Part shown: one piece after another, positions 1-9,916 of the stretch
How positions within the stretch are numbered: the stretch's first letter is position 1
Layout: each line of letters begins with the position of its first letter
Assembly: GCA_031459625.1 (NCBI GenBank)
Contig: JAVKIH010000002.1
Coordinates: 73,174-137,173, forward strand
DNA length: 64,000 bases
Source: Candidatus Geohabitans tengchongensis
GTDB taxonomy: Bacteria > Sysuimicrobiota > Sysuimicrobiia > Sysuimicrobiales > Humicultoraceae
Direction of reading: 5' to 3'
Position numbers and translations under genes: made by a program
Notes under the pieces: generated by a model
What the model saw: the letters and a program-made list of their open reading frames with translations, nothing else
What the model was told of the DNA's origin: nothing
Database searches by the model: none

Positions 1-762
1 GATGAACCGGTAGACGATGCGCCGCACGCCGCGCTCCTTGGGCAGGTACGGAGGCACTCCCTGCCAGTTCGGGTAGGCCTCCACGGTGATGGACGAGCCC
101 CTCTGCCACTCCCGCAGCACGTAGGGCCCGTTGCCGATGGTCGGCACGCCCGTGCCCCAGGCCTGGTCGAACCGGGCCGGGTTCTGCCGGAAGATCCGCT
201 CGGTGGCGTGCTTGGGCAGGATGCCGGACCCCGCCGCGCCGAGGTTGGCGAAGGCGTACTTCTTCTTCCACTGCACCGTCATCTGGTAGGGGTTGGGGGC
301 GAGGATGTTCTCCACGCGCTCGGCTACGTCGCGGCCGGCGGTGGGAAAGTCGGGGTGCATGTTCACGCGCCAGGCCCAGATCCAGTCCTGGGCGGTGACC
401 GGCCGGCCGTCGTGCCAGGTGAACCCGCGCTTGATCCGCCAGGTCACCTGCATCTTGTCGCCGGGCAGCACCTTCCAGTCCCCGTCCTTGAGGTTGGGGA
501 TCTTCTCGGCCAGAATCGGGAAGTACTTCCACTCGTTGGTCATCCCGACCAGGTCGGTGAAGATCAGGGACCGGATGACCGAGGCCACGAACATCTGACA
601 GGAGTCCGGCTGGGGTGCCAGACACGAGGGTTCCTGCTGGGTGAACAGGACCACGGTGTCCGGCCCCGTGGCCGGCCGTGCGGGCGCGGCTCCCACCAGC
701 GTGGCGGTGCCGAAGGTCACCACCAGCGCCAGCAGGAGCGAAGACCACCTCCAGTGCCGCAT
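1..762 (-). CDS. Peptide/nickel ABC transporter substrate-binding protein (family 5), runs off window start
   Basis: Manual translation MRHWRWSSLLLALVVTFG...; signal peptide; family-5 motifs GFTWHDGRPVTAQD and [25 protein letters not shown] upstream. Confidence 0.85.
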   Translation of the reverse strand, partial: MRHWRWSSLLLALVVTFGTATLVGAAPARPATGPDTVVLFTQQEPSCLAPQPDSCQMFVASVIRSLIFTDLVGMTNEWKYFPILAEKIPNLKDGDWKVLPGDKMQVTWRIKRGFTWHDGRPVTAQDWIWAWRVNMHPDFPTAGRDVAERVENILAPNPYQMTVQWKKKYAFANLGAAGSGILPKHATERIFRQNPARFDQAWGTGVPTIGNGPYVLREWQRGSSITVEAYPNWQGVPPYLPKERGVRRIVYRFI

Positions 763-932
763 GCACTCTCCCTCCTCTCTCCCGCCCCGGTCCGGGGCGG
801 CGACGCGTCTCCTCCTCGTGGGTCTCTCCGTCTCCTCCCCGCGGTCACCTCCCTTCGCCGTTCCCGTCGTCAAAGGCCCCTGGCCGTTGACGCCCGTGGC
901 CGGTCACGCCGTTGGTCGGTAACGCCGTACCG

Positions 933-1349
933 TCAGTGGAGGCCCCGGATCACCCAGTCGAGAGGACTAGGCGTGACCACCGCCTCCCGGGACGGACTCT
1001 GCTCCTCTCGGGGCGGCCCCACGTAGATCTCGTCACTGTGCTTGACGGGAGAGGTCACGGGGTGCGGCCGCCGGGCGGAGCCCCTCTCCAGACTGGAGGG
1101 GGCTGGCTGGCCAGGCTGAGCTACCGGCCGAGAAGGCGCTGCTCCCTTGGGCACCACCCGCTGGGCCTCCAGGAACCGCTGCACGTCCACCCGCCGAACC
1201 CGGATCGTCCGACCCATCCGCACCGCCTCGAGTCGGCCTTCACGGATGTAGCGGTAGACGGTCAGGCGGTTGAGCTGGAGGTAGGCAGCCACCTGGGCTA
1301 CGGTGAGCAGGTCCCCCTGGGTGGTAACACGCTCGGGCTTACGGGCCAT
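933..1349 (-). CDS. Excisionase/HTH_17 (MerR-like) DNA-binding protein with low-complexity C-tail
   Basis: LLTVAQVAAYLQLNRLTVYRYIREGRLEAVRMGRTIRV; GGAG SD before ATG at 1349. Confidence 0.8.
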   Translation of the reverse strand: MARKPERVTTQGDLLTVAQVAAYLQLNRLTVYRYIREGRLEAVRMGRTIRVRRVDVQRFLEAQRVVPKGAAPSRPVAQPGQPAPSSLERGSARRPHPVTSPVKHSDEIYVGPPREEQSPSREAVVTPSPLDWVIRGLH

Positions 1350-1359
1350 GGCGCTCTCC

Positions 1360-1413
1360 AGTATAGCGAGAACTTGACTCAAGTATACAAGACCATAGTC
1401 TTGAGCCATCAAG
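1360..1413 (-). promoter_or_regulatory. AT-rich promoter with clustered inverted repeats upstream of HTH_17 gene
   Basis: TATACT boxes at 1360-1365 and 1382-1387 (minus strand); palindromes ACTTGA-C-TCAAGT, CAAGAC-N4-GTCTTG, CTTGA-N4-TCAAG. Confidence 0.55.
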
Positions 1414-1524
1414 TCCTACGGACCCGGGCCTCCCGAAGTTCCACCCTCCGACTTCAGGAAAGCCACGGATGGGGGCATCCGCTCGCATCCGCTTTCGAGG
1501 TCCCCTTTGGGGGAACCCCCGCCA

Positions 1525-2676
1525 TCACCCGGAGCGCAGTCGCGGGTCGAAGGCATCCCGCAGCCCATCCCCCAGGAAGTTGTAGGCCACGACCGCCAGG
1601 ACGATGAACACCCCCGGCAAGAGTAGCCAGGGCGACCGGGAGAGGTTGATCAGGTTGGTGCCGGCCGTGAGCAGGTTGCCCCAGGAGGCACAGGGTTCCC
1701 GCACCCCGAACCCCAGGAAGCTTAGCCCCGACTCCCCCAGGATGGCCCCGGGGATCGACAGGGTGGCCACCACGAGGACCAGGGAGGCCGTATTGGGCAG
1801 GATGTGGCGCAGGATGATACCCAGGTCGTCCCGCCCCAGGGCCCGGGCGGCCAGGACGAACTCCCGCTCCTTCAGGGAGAGGACGTAGCCACGGATCAGC
1901 CGGGAGAACCCCGTCCACCCAAGGAAGCTCAGGATGATGACGATGAGGTAGAAGCGGGTGGTGCACCCCACGTTGGTGGGGAGGATGGCGCTGAGGGTGA
2001 TCAGCAGGTAGAAGCCAGGCAGGGCGATGATGGCCTCGACGACGCGCATCATGATGTTGTCCACCCGCCCGCCGTAGTAGCCGGCGATCCCGCCGTAGAC
2101 CATGCCGATGGGGATGGTGATGGAGACGACCATGATGCCGATGAGCAGGGAGACCCGGGAGCCGTAGAGGATGCGGCTGAAGAGGTCCCGCCCGAACTGG
2201 TCGGTGCCCATGAGGAAGATGCGCCCCGGCTCCTCCACCCCGAAGAGGTGCACCCGGGTGGGGATGATCCACAGCAGGCGGTAGGGCTCGCCCTGCACAA
2301 AGAACCGCACCGGGTACCGCCGGGAGGTGTCCGGCCGGTAGATGCGCAGCTGCGGGTCGACCAGCGTCGTGGCGTAGACGAACGGCCGCAGGTGGATGCG
2401 CCCCTCGGCGTCGACGAAGCGCGGCAGGATGGGCGGGTGGAAGAAGCGGTTGCGATCGGTGAAGTCGAGCGGGTAGGGGGCGAGGAATTCCGCGAAGAGC
2501 ATCATCGTGTAGAGGACGGCCAGGATCCCCAACCCCACCATGGCCACGCGGTGCTTGCGCAGCTGCCGCCAGGCCAGCTCCCCGGGGGTCCGCCGGATCA
2601 CCCGCGCCGCCTCCGTCGTCGCCAGGCCGGTCAGGGGCAGCGGGCGCGAGCGGGCGGGGACGCGGGCGCTAGTCAT
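1525..2676 (-). CDS. Oligopeptide ABC permease (OppC/DppC)
   Basis: GTDQFGRDLFSRILYGSRVSL; EFVLAARALG loop; RDAFDPR end. Confidence 0.93.
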   Translation of the reverse strand: MTSARVPARSRPLPLTGLATTEAARVIRRTPGELAWRQLRKHRVAMVGLGILAVLYTMMLFAEFLAPYPLDFTDRNRFFHPPILPRFVDAEGRIHLRPFVYATTLVDPQLRIYRPDTSRRYPVRFFVQGEPYRLLWIIPTRVHLFGVEEPGRIFLMGTDQFGRDLFSRILYGSRVSLLIGIMVVSITIPIGMVYGGIAGYYGGRVDNIMMRVVEAIIALPGFYLLITLSAILPTNVGCTTRFYLIVIILSFLGWTGFSRLIRGYVLSLKEREFVLAARALGRDDLGIILRHILPNTASLVLVVATLSIPGAILGESGLSFLGFGVREPCASWGNLLTAGTNLINLSRSPWLLLPGVFIVLAVVAYNFLGDGLRDAFDPRLRSG

Positions 2677-3634
2677 AGCGGATCCGCGGGTCGGCCACCG
2701 CCAGGAGGAGGTCGGCGATCAGGTTCCCCAGGATGAGCGTCACACTGCCGAGCAGCAGCGCCCCCATGACGACGTAGAGGTCCTTGCGCACCACCGACTC
2801 CAGGATGAGCTGGCCCAGCCCCGGCCAGCCGACCACGTTCTCCAGGATCGCCGAGCCCGAGAGCAGCGCGCCAATCTCGAAGCCGAAGATCGTGATGAGG
2901 GGGTTGATGGCGTTACGCACGGCGTGCTTGTAGGTCACCGGCCGGTCAGCCAGCCCCTTGGCCCGGGCGGTGCGCACGTAGTCCTGGCGTAGCACCTCCA
3001 GCAGGTTGGCCCGCATCTGCCGCATCAGTCCCGCCGCCGCGCCGAAGGCCAGCACCGTGGCGGGGACGAGCATGTGCCGGGCCACGTCCAGGACCTTCCC
3101 GTACCACGGGAGGGTGTCGTACTCGATGGAGGTCATGCCGCCGATGGGCAGCCAGCCCGTGACGAAGGCCAGGTAGAGCAGCAGCAGCCCGGAGAAGAAG
3201 GTCGGCGTGGAGATCCCCAGGTAGGCCACCATGGACAGCGCGTTGTCGGACCAGGAGTACTGGCGGGTGGCGGCGTGGATGCCGATGGGGATGGCGATGA
3301 GCCAGGCCAGGACCAGCGCCCCCAGGTTGAGGATGAGGGTGTTGAGGAGGCGGCTGCCCAGCAGCCAGCTCACCGGCACGTGGTAGGCGAAGGAGTAGCC
3401 GAAGTCGAAGTGCAGCACCGACCACAGCCACTTCAGGTACTGGATGTGCACCGGCTGGTCCAGCCCCAGGTTGCGGCGCATCTCCTCGACCACCGCCGGG
3501 TCCACCACCGGGTTGAGGCGGATCTCCGCCAGAAAGTCCCCCGGGGAGAGGTGGATGACGATGAAGGAGATGAGGGTCACCCCGAAGAGCAGGGGGACCA
3601 TGTGGAACAGGCGGCGGACGATGTAGCGCAGCAT
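2669..3634 (-). CDS. Oligopeptide ABC permease (OppB/DppB)
   Basis: MLRYIVRRL start; QDYVRTARAKGL; DPRIRY end. Confidence 0.95.
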   Translation of the reverse strand: MLRYIVRRLFHMVPLLFGVTLISFIVIHLSPGDFLAEIRLNPVVDPAVVEEMRRNLGLDQPVHIQYLKWLWSVLHFDFGYSFAYHVPVSWLLGSRLLNTLILNLGALVLAWLIAIPIGIHAATRQYSWSDNALSMVAYLGISTPTFFSGLLLLYLAFVTGWLPIGGMTSIEYDTLPWYGKVLDVARHMLVPATVLAFGAAAGLMRQMRANLLEVLRQDYVRTARAKGLADRPVTYKHAVRNAINPLITIFGFEIGALLSGSAILENVVGWPGLGQLILESVVRKDLYVVMGALLLGSVTLILGNLIADLLLAVADPRIRYD

Positions 3635-3687
3635 GGGGGGTGCCCGGGGGCGAGGTCGCCGTGCCTCGCCCCCGGGCGGTCACCGGC

Positions 3688-5454
3688 CTACGGGCGGTAC
3701 GCGCCCTTGAAGTAGCGCGTGTCCAGCTCGCCTGTGACACCCTGCAGGCCCAGCTTGACGTTGCCGATGGTGTTACGCAGCGCCGGCTGGGTCTTGACGT
3801 AGGGGAAGTAGAGCATCGGCAGGTTCTCGTAGACGACCTCCTGGAAGCGGGCCAGGATGGCCTTGCGCTTGTTCTGGTCCACCTCGGTCCCGCACTGCTC
3901 GAAGAGCCGGTCCACCTCGGCCTCCCACGCCGTGGCCGGCTGCTTCTGGTTGGGGTTCCACATGTGCAGGTCGCCCGAGCTCAGCCACAGGTTGCGGGCA
4001 GTGCAGGGTTCGATGCCGCCGGTGAAGCCGATGATGATGGCCTCCCAGTTGTAGGTCCCGGTCAGCTTGCTCACCAGGGACGGGAAGGCCTCCGTGGTGA
4101 AGGTGGCGCGGATGCCCAGCTTGACGAAGTCCTGCCGGACGATGTTGCCGATGGCCTCGCGGTCCTGGTTGCCGGCGTTGGTGACGATGGTGAACTCGAC
4201 GACGTTGCCCTGCGCGTCGCGCAGCACCCCGTCGGGCCCCTTGCGGTAGCCGGCCTCGGCCAACAGCTGCTGGGCCCGGTTCAGGTCATAGGGATACGGG
4301 CGCAGGTTGCGGTTGTAGTAGAGCGTGTTACCCACGCTGACGTCGCTGGTGGGCGGTGTGGCCCGGCCGGCGTAGACCTGGTTGATGATCGTCTGCTGGT
4401 CGATGGCGTGGGCCAGGGCCCGGCGGAAGCGCACGTCGGAGAACCAGGCCACCTTCGTCTTGCTGATGGGGGCGTTGGGGTTCTGGTTCAAGACCAGGAA
4501 CTCCCGGGTGAAGGTCTCCGGGCCGTCGTAGATGGTGAAGTTGTGCTGGCGCTCCAGCGCCTTCAGCTCGGCGAACTCCCGGGGCCGCGCGCCATACGCG
4601 TCGGTCTCCCGGGCCAGGAACTTCAGGCGGGCCGCCTCCGTGTTGGGCACGACCAGGATGACGTAGCGGGTCAGGTAGGGGAGGCGCTGCCCCTGCCGGT
4701 CCACCTTCCAGTAGCGGGTGTTCCGCAGCATGATCACCCGCTGGCCGGGGGTGTAGGACTGGAGGACGAAGGGCCCGCTCCCCACGATGTCCCGAGGGTT
4801 GGCGTTGATGCCCCAGGACTGGGTGAACTGCTGTCCGCCCGCGTTCAGCGCCGCCTCGAGCTTGTGCTTGGGCACGATGGGGAAGCCGATGAACCGCAGG
4901 AAGAGTCCCACCGGGGGCTGGTTGCGCGGGGTCATGAACTGGATGCGGCGGCGGTCCAGCACGCGCCAGCGGACGGGCTCCCCGCGGAAGGTCAGCAGGT
5001 TCCTGAAGCTGTTGTCCACGCCCGGGGTGAAGATCGCCTTGGCGCTGAACTCCACGTCCGCCGTGGTGAGCGGCTGACCGTCCGACCAGACGATCCCCTC
5101 CCGGAGGGTAAAGGTCCAGGTGCGCCCGTCCGGGCTGACGCTCCAGGACTCCGCCAGCGAGGGTTCGATCTCCCCGGTGAGGTAGTTCTGCTCGACGAGC
5201 CCATCCGCGAACGCCCCCGTGACCGCCCCTGAGGCGGTGTCCTGCACGACGATGGGGTTGAAGGTCCGGGGGTCGGAGATCTGGGAGATGATGTACGTCC
5301 CGCCGTACTTCCCGATCTCCGGCGCCCGCATGTTCACCCCGGGGTTCGGGATCCCGGGGAGGCTGAAGCGGGGCGCCGGGGCGGCTGCACTCAGCGCCGC
5401 GGTCGTCCCGGCCAGGACGAACGCCACGAGCAGAGCCAGTGCACTCCTCCGCAT
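3688..5454 (-). CDS. Oligopeptide ABC substrate-binding protein (OppA family)
   Basis: Start MRRSALALL after GGAGG SD; LAESWSVSPDGRTWTFTLREGIVWSDG; GSGPFVL. Confidence 0.92.
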   Translation of the reverse strand: MRRSALALLVAFVLAGTTAALSAAAPAPRFSLPGIPNPGVNMRAPEIGKYGGTYIISQISDPRTFNPIVVQDTASGAVTGAFADGLVEQNYLTGEIEPSLAESWSVSPDGRTWTFTLREGIVWSDGQPLTTADVEFSAKAIFTPGVDNSFRNLLTFRGEPVRWRVLDRRRIQFMTPRNQPPVGLFLRFIGFPIVPKHKLEAALNAGGQQFTQSWGINANPRDIVGSGPFVLQSYTPGQRVIMLRNTRYWKVDRQGQRLPYLTRYVILVVPNTEAARLKFLARETDAYGARPREFAELKALERQHNFTIYDGPETFTREFLVLNQNPNAPISKTKVAWFSDVRFRRALAHAIDQQTIINQVYAGRATPPTSDVSVGNTLYYNRNLRPYPYDLNRAQQLLAEAGYRKGPDGVLRDAQGNVVEFTIVTNAGNQDREAIGNIVRQDFVKLGIRATFTTEAFPSLVSKLTGTYNWEAIIIGFTGGIEPCTARNLWLSSGDLHMWNPNQKQPATAWEAEVDRLFEQCGTEVDQNKRKAILARFQEVVYENLPMLYFPYVKTQPALRNTIGNVKLGLQGVTGELDTRYFKGAYRP

Positions 5455-5629
5455 CCTCCTCCCTCCTACGACGGCCGGTGCCGTCCCGGTCTCTTGCCGA
5501 ACCGTGGCGACCGGACGCGGGCCCGTCGACGGGCCCAGCCCGGCTCCCTGCGTGTACTCGAGATTATCGTCGTACATCCTAGAGCATTCGAGTATTCCTC
5601 GGGTCGGCCGGTGACCCCTTCTCCCAGCC

Positions 5630-7819
5630 TCAAGGGGTCTGGATCACCTCCAGGGGGGCATAGCCGGCGGCCAGGCGCTTGACCCCGGCGGCGAACTGGA
5701 CGGTGATCACCGCCAGGACCCCCTCCCCCTCCACCTCCAGGACCCGGCCGTCCCCAAAGGTGGCGTGGCGCACCAGGGAGCCGGTCGGGGGCACGACCAC
5801 GCGCCGGGCCTCCTCCGCCCAGGCCAGGGGCCCGGGCGGTTCCTCCTCACCGGCCGGGCGGGGGGTGGCGGCCGGGCGCAGCAGGGACTGGGGGACCTCG
5901 TCCAGGAAGCGGGAAGGGATGGCCGGCTGGGGGGTGCCGAAGAGGGTGCGCTGGCGGCTGTAGGTCAGGTAGAGACGCTCCCTGGCCCGGGTCATCCCCA
6001 CGTAGCAGAGGCGCCGCTCCTCCTCCAGCCCGCCCTCCTCCTCCAGGCTGCGGGCGTGGGGGAAGATCCCCTCCTCCATCCCCACCAGGAAGACGATGGG
6101 GAACTCCAGCCCCTTGGCGCTGTGGAGGGTCATCAGCGTCACCCGATCGGCCTGCTCCTGCCAGGTGTCCACGTCGGTGATGAGCGCCAGGTGTTGGAGG
6201 AAGGCCTCGAGGGTCTCCTCTCCGGTGACCTGCTCGAACTCGCGCGCCACCGTGACCAGCTCGCGCAGGTTCTCCAGCCGGGAGTAGGCCTCGTCGGTCC
6301 CTTCCGCCTCGAGCATGGCCTGGTAGCCGGTCTCGACGATGGTCTGCTCGATCAGGTCGCTGACCCGGACGCGGCCGGCGCGGTCCCGGATGCGCTCCAC
6401 GATCCCGAGGAACTCCCCCGCCGCCCGGACGACCGGCCGGGGCAGCTCGGCCAGGGCCTCGGGGGCGGCCATGGCCTCGAGCACCGTCATCCCGTGCGCC
6501 GCCGCGTAGGCCTCCAGGCGGGCCAGGGAGACCTCGCCGATGCCACGGCGGGGCGTGTTCACCACCCGCCGCAAGCTGCCCAGGTCCTGGGGGTTCAGGG
6601 CCAGCCGCAGGTAGGCCAGGAGGTCCTTGACCTCCTTGCGCTCGTAGAAGCGCACCCCGCCCACCACCTGGTAGGGGATGCCGGCGCGCAGGCACTGCTC
6701 CTCGAAGAGGCGGGACTGGGCGTTGGTGCGGTAGAGGACGACGACGTCGCGGTAGGGGCGGCCGGCCGCGGCCTCCCGGCGAATGACATCGACGACGAAG
6801 CGGGCCTCGTCGTGCCCGTCGTAGGCCTCGTACACCTGCACCGGCTCCCCCTCGGGGTTGGCCGTCCACAGGCGCTTCTCGTGGCGGTGGGGGTTGTGGC
6901 GGATGACCTCGGTGGCGGCCGCCAGGATCGTCTTCGTCGAGCGGTAGTTCTGCTCGAGCTTGACGATGGTGGCGTCCGGGTAGTCGCGCTCGAAGTCGAG
7001 GATGTTCCTGATGTCGGCCCCGCGCCACCGGTAGATCGACTGGTCGTCGTCCCCCACCACGCACAGGTTGCGGTGACGGGCGGCCAGCGCGCGGACGATC
7101 CGGTACTGCGCGCGGTTGGTGTCCTGGTACTCGTCCACCAGGATGTGCAGGAAGCGTTCCTGGTACTCGCGCAGGACCTCGGGCGCCTCCTCGAAGAGGC
7201 GCAGCGTCTCCAGCAGCAGGTCGTCGAAGTCGACGGCGCCCCGCTCCCGCAGGGCCGCCTGGTAGGCGGCGTAGACCTTGCCGGCGATCTCCTCGTAGAG
7301 GTTCTCCGCCCGGGCGGCGTACTCCGCCGGCCCCAGCATCTCGTCCTTGGCCTTGCCGATCATGCCCAGCAGAAGCGCCGGCGGGAAGCGCCGTTCGTCC
7401 AGCCCCAGCGCGCCCAGCACCTCGCGGACCAGCGTTCGCTGGTCGTCCGCGTCGTAGACGACGAAGTGGCGGGGCAGCCCCACCCGCTCGCCGTGGCGCC
7501 GCAGCAGGCGGCTGCAGAGGTGGTGGAAGGTGCCGATCCAGATGGCCCGTCCGACGGCACTGCCCACCAGGCGGTCCACCCGCTCGCGCATCTCGTTGGC
7601 CGCCTTGTTGGTGAAGGTCACGGCCAGGATGCGACCGGGCCGCACCTCGCGGACCCGGATCAGGTGGGCGATACGGTAGGCCAGGACCCGGGTCTTCCCC
7701 GAGCCGGCACCGGCCAGGATGAGCAGCGGGCCTCCCGGGTGCTCGACCGCCTGGCGCTGGGGCGGGTTGAGGCCGGCCAGCAGACCGTCGCCGCGTGTCA
7801 TCCAACGCTCACCGGCCAC
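5630..7819 (-). CDS. pcrA: ATP-dependent DNA helicase PcrA/UvrD
   Basis: AGAGSGKT, DEYQDTN, VGDDDQSIY, LEEERRLCYVGMTRA, C-terminal Tudor-like domain. Confidence 0.96.
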   Translation of the reverse strand: MAGERWMTRGDGLLAGLNPPQRQAVEHPGGPLLILAGAGSGKTRVLAYRIAHLIRVREVRPGRILAVTFTNKAANEMRERVDRLVGSAVGRAIWIGTFHHLCSRLLRRHGERVGLPRHFVVYDADDQRTLVREVLGALGLDERRFPPALLLGMIGKAKDEMLGPAEYAARAENLYEEIAGKVYAAYQAALRERGAVDFDDLLLETLRLFEEAPEVLREYQERFLHILVDEYQDTNRAQYRIVRALAARHRNLCVVGDDDQSIYRWRGADIRNILDFERDYPDATIVKLEQNYRSTKTILAAATEVIRHNPHRHEKRLWTANPEGEPVQVYEAYDGHDEARFVVDVIRREAAAGRPYRDVVVLYRTNAQSRLFEEQCLRAGIPYQVVGGVRFYERKEVKDLLAYLRLALNPQDLGSLRRVVNTPRRGIGEVSLARLEAYAAAHGMTVLEAMAAPEALAELPRPVVRAAGEFLGIVERIRDRAGRVRVSDLIEQTIVETGYQAMLEAEGTDEAYSRLENLRELVTVAREFEQVTGEETLEAFLQHLALITDVDTWQEQADRVTLMTLHSAKGLEFPIVFLVGMEEGIFPHARSLEEEGGLEEERRLCYVGMTRARERLYLTYSRQRTLFGTPQPAIPSRFLDEVPQSLLRPAATPRPAGEEEPPGPLAWAEEARRVVVPPTGSLVRHATFGDGRVLEVEGEGVLAVITVQFAAGVKRLAAGYAPLEVIQTP

Positions 7820-7875
7820 ATCGGCGCGAGCACGACGCGGCTACGGGCGGCGCCGTGGTGCGCTCGAGGCGGAGA

Positions 7876-7990
7876 TCAGGTCTGGACGAGGGGGACGCCA
7901 TACGCCTCGAAATGGCGGTCAGCCGTCAGGATCGTCAGCCCTTCCAGCGGCGCTGGCGCGATCAGGAGCCGGTCGAATGGATCACTGGGC
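7876..7990 (-). pseudogene. C-terminal remnant of PIN/VapC toxin
   Basis: DPFDRLLIAPAPLEGLTILTADRHFEAYGV matches a VapC C-terminus; N-terminal part absent. Confidence 0.75.
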
Positions 7991-8236
7991 GCGGGGGCAG
8001 GCCCGCCACGTGAAGGCTGTGGCGACTTCCTGGGGCAGAGGCTCATCGAACGTTTCTTCGATCGCCACCAGGCCCGCATCGAGGCCCAACCGCCGCATCC
8101 CTGCCGATTCGGCCGTCACCGGCACCAGGCGGGCGACGGGAATCCCTCGGGTGATGACGACCGCCCCACCCCGGACCACCCGTCGGATGAGCCGGGAAAG
8201 GTGCGTCTTGGCCTCGTGGATCGTCACGGGAGCCAC
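7982..8236 (-). CDS. Phd/YefM family antitoxin (3' end probably altered)
   Basis: VTIHEAKTHLSRLIRRV...VITRGIPVARLVP...FDEPLP. Confidence 0.85.
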   Translation of the reverse strand: MAPVTIHEAKTHLSRLIRRVVRGGAVVITRGIPVARLVPVTAESAGMRRLGLDAGLVAIEETFDEPLPQEVATAFTWRACPRAQ

Positions 8237-8244
8237 TCCACAGG

Positions 8245-8274
8245 AGAGTAGATTGGACCCAATGACTCAGTCAA
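8245..8274 (-). promoter_or_regulatory. TA promoter/operator
   Basis: TTGACT-N18-TACTCT overlapping palindromes ATTGG-AC-CCAAT and TGACT-C-AGTCA. Confidence 0.55.
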
Positions 8275-8278
8275 CGTC

Positions 8279-9916
8279 CTACTCCCACTCGATCGTGGCC
8301 GGGGGCTTGCTGGTGACGTCGTAGAGGACCCGGGTAATCCCGCGCACCTCCCGGGTGATGCGGCTGGCCAGGATCTCCAGCAGGTCGTCGGGCAGGCGAG
8401 CCCAGTCCGCCGTCATCCCGTCCTCGCTGGTCACCGCCCGCACCACCACCACCTCGCCGTAGGCGCGCGCGTCCCCCTGCACCCCGACGCTGGCCACGGG
8501 GAGGAGGATGGCGAAGGCCTGCCAGAGGTCGCGGTGGAGCCCGGCGCGCCGCACCTCCTCCCGGACGATGGCGTCGGCGGCGCGCAGCCGGTCCAGCCGC
8601 GCCTCCGTCACCTCGCCGACGACCCGGATGGCCAGCCCCGGGCCGGGGAAGGGGTGGCGCTCCACGATGGCGTCGGGCAGCCCAAGCTCGCGGGCCACCT
8701 CGCGCACCTCGTCCTTGAAGAGCTCGCGCAGCGGTTCGACCAGGCGCAACCGCATGCGCTCGGGGAGCCCGCCCACGTTGTGGTGGGTCTTGATGCGCGC
8801 GGCGGTGCGGGTCCCGCTCTCGATGACGTCCGGGTAGAGGGTCCCCTGGACCAGCACGTCCACGTCCCCCACCCGCGCCGCCTCCTCCTCGAAGACGCGC
8901 ACGAACTCCTCGCCGATGCGCCGCCGCTTGGCCTCGGGGTCGGTGACGCCGCGCAGGCGCGCGAGGAATCGCGCCCGGCCGTCCACGTGGACGAGCCGCA
9001 CCCCGTAGAGGTCGCGGAAGGTGCGCACCACCTGCTCGGGCTCGCCGGCCCGCAGGAAGCCGTGGTCGACGAAGATGCAGGTCAGCCGGTCGCCGATGGC
9101 CCGGTGGACCAGCGCCGCCGCCGTGGCCGAGTCCACCCCGCCGGAGAGGGCGCAGAGGGCCCGCCCCTCCCCCACGGCCCGCCGGACGGCGTCGACGGCG
9201 CGGTCGACGAAGGAGGCCATCGTCCAGGTGGGGCGGCACCCACACACCTCGAAGAGGAAGGCGCGCAGGACCTGCACTCCCCAGGGCGTGTGGGAAACCT
9301 CGGGGTGGAACTGCACGCCGTAGAGTCGGCGGGCGTGGTCGCCCATGGCGGCGATGGTCCCGCCGTCGGTGTGCGCCAGCCGCTCGAACCCCGGCGGGAG
9401 GCGCCGGACGGCGTCGCCGTGGCTCATCCAGCAGATCAGGCGGTCTTCCAGGCGCCCGAAGAGCGGCTCGCGCCGGTCCAGGTAGAGGCGGGTGCGGCCG
9501 TACTCGCGGTGGTCTCCGGGTCCGGTCTCCCCGCCCAGCGCGTGGGCCATCAGCTGCATCCCGTAGCAGATGCCCAGCAGGGGCACGCCCATGGTGAAGA
9601 GCGCGGGGTCGGGGCGGGGGGCCTGCGGCTCGTAGACGCTGGCGGGGCCGCCCGAGAGGACGATGCCGGCGGGGCGCAGGCGGCGCAGCGCCTCCACCGG
9701 CGTGTCGAAGGGCAGGATCAGGCTGTGGACCCGGCTCTCCCGGATCCGGCGGGCGATGAGCTGGGCGTACTGGGCGCCGAAGTCCAGGACGATGACCGTG
9801 TCGTGCCCCGTGTCGGTAGCGGAAGGCGCTTCGGGGAGGGGCACGGGCTGCCCGGCCGGGGCGGCCTCCGGGGCGGTCACGCCCGGGCCCGGTTCGACCG
9901 CGCGGCCGCGCGTCAC
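8279..9916 (-). CDS. guaA: GMP synthase (glutamine-hydrolysing)
   Basis: [47 protein letters not shown] start overlaps upstream stop. Confidence 0.96.
   Translation of the reverse strand: MTRGRAVEPGPGVTAPEAAPAGQPVPLPEAPSATDTGHDTVIVLDFGAQYAQLIARRIRESRVHSLILPFDTPVEALRRLRPAGIVLSGGPASVYEPQAPRPDPALFTMGVPLLGICYGMQLMAHALGGETGPGDHREYGRTRLYLDRREPLFGRLEDRLICWMSHGDAVRRLPPGFERLAHTDGGTIAAMGDHARRLYGVQFHPEVSHTPWGVQVLRAFLFEVCGCRPTWTMASFVDRAVDAVRRAVGEGRALCALSGGVDSATAAALVHRAIGDRLTCIFVDHGFLRAGEPEQVVRTFRDLYGVRLVHVDGRARFLARLRGVTDPEAKRRRIGEEFVRVFEEEAARVGDVDVLVQGTLYPDVIESGTRTAARIKTHHNVGGLPERMRLRLVEPLRELFKDEVREVARELGLPDAIVERHPFPGPGLAIRVVGEVTEARLDRLRAADAIVREEVRRAGLHRDLWQAFAILLPVASVGVQGDARAYGEVVVVRAVTSEDGMTADWARLPDDLLEILASRITREVRGITRVLYDVTSKPPATIEWE

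Noticed and set aside
933..1349. Prophage/ICE excisionase
   Set aside because: No integrase, att site or phage genes nearby
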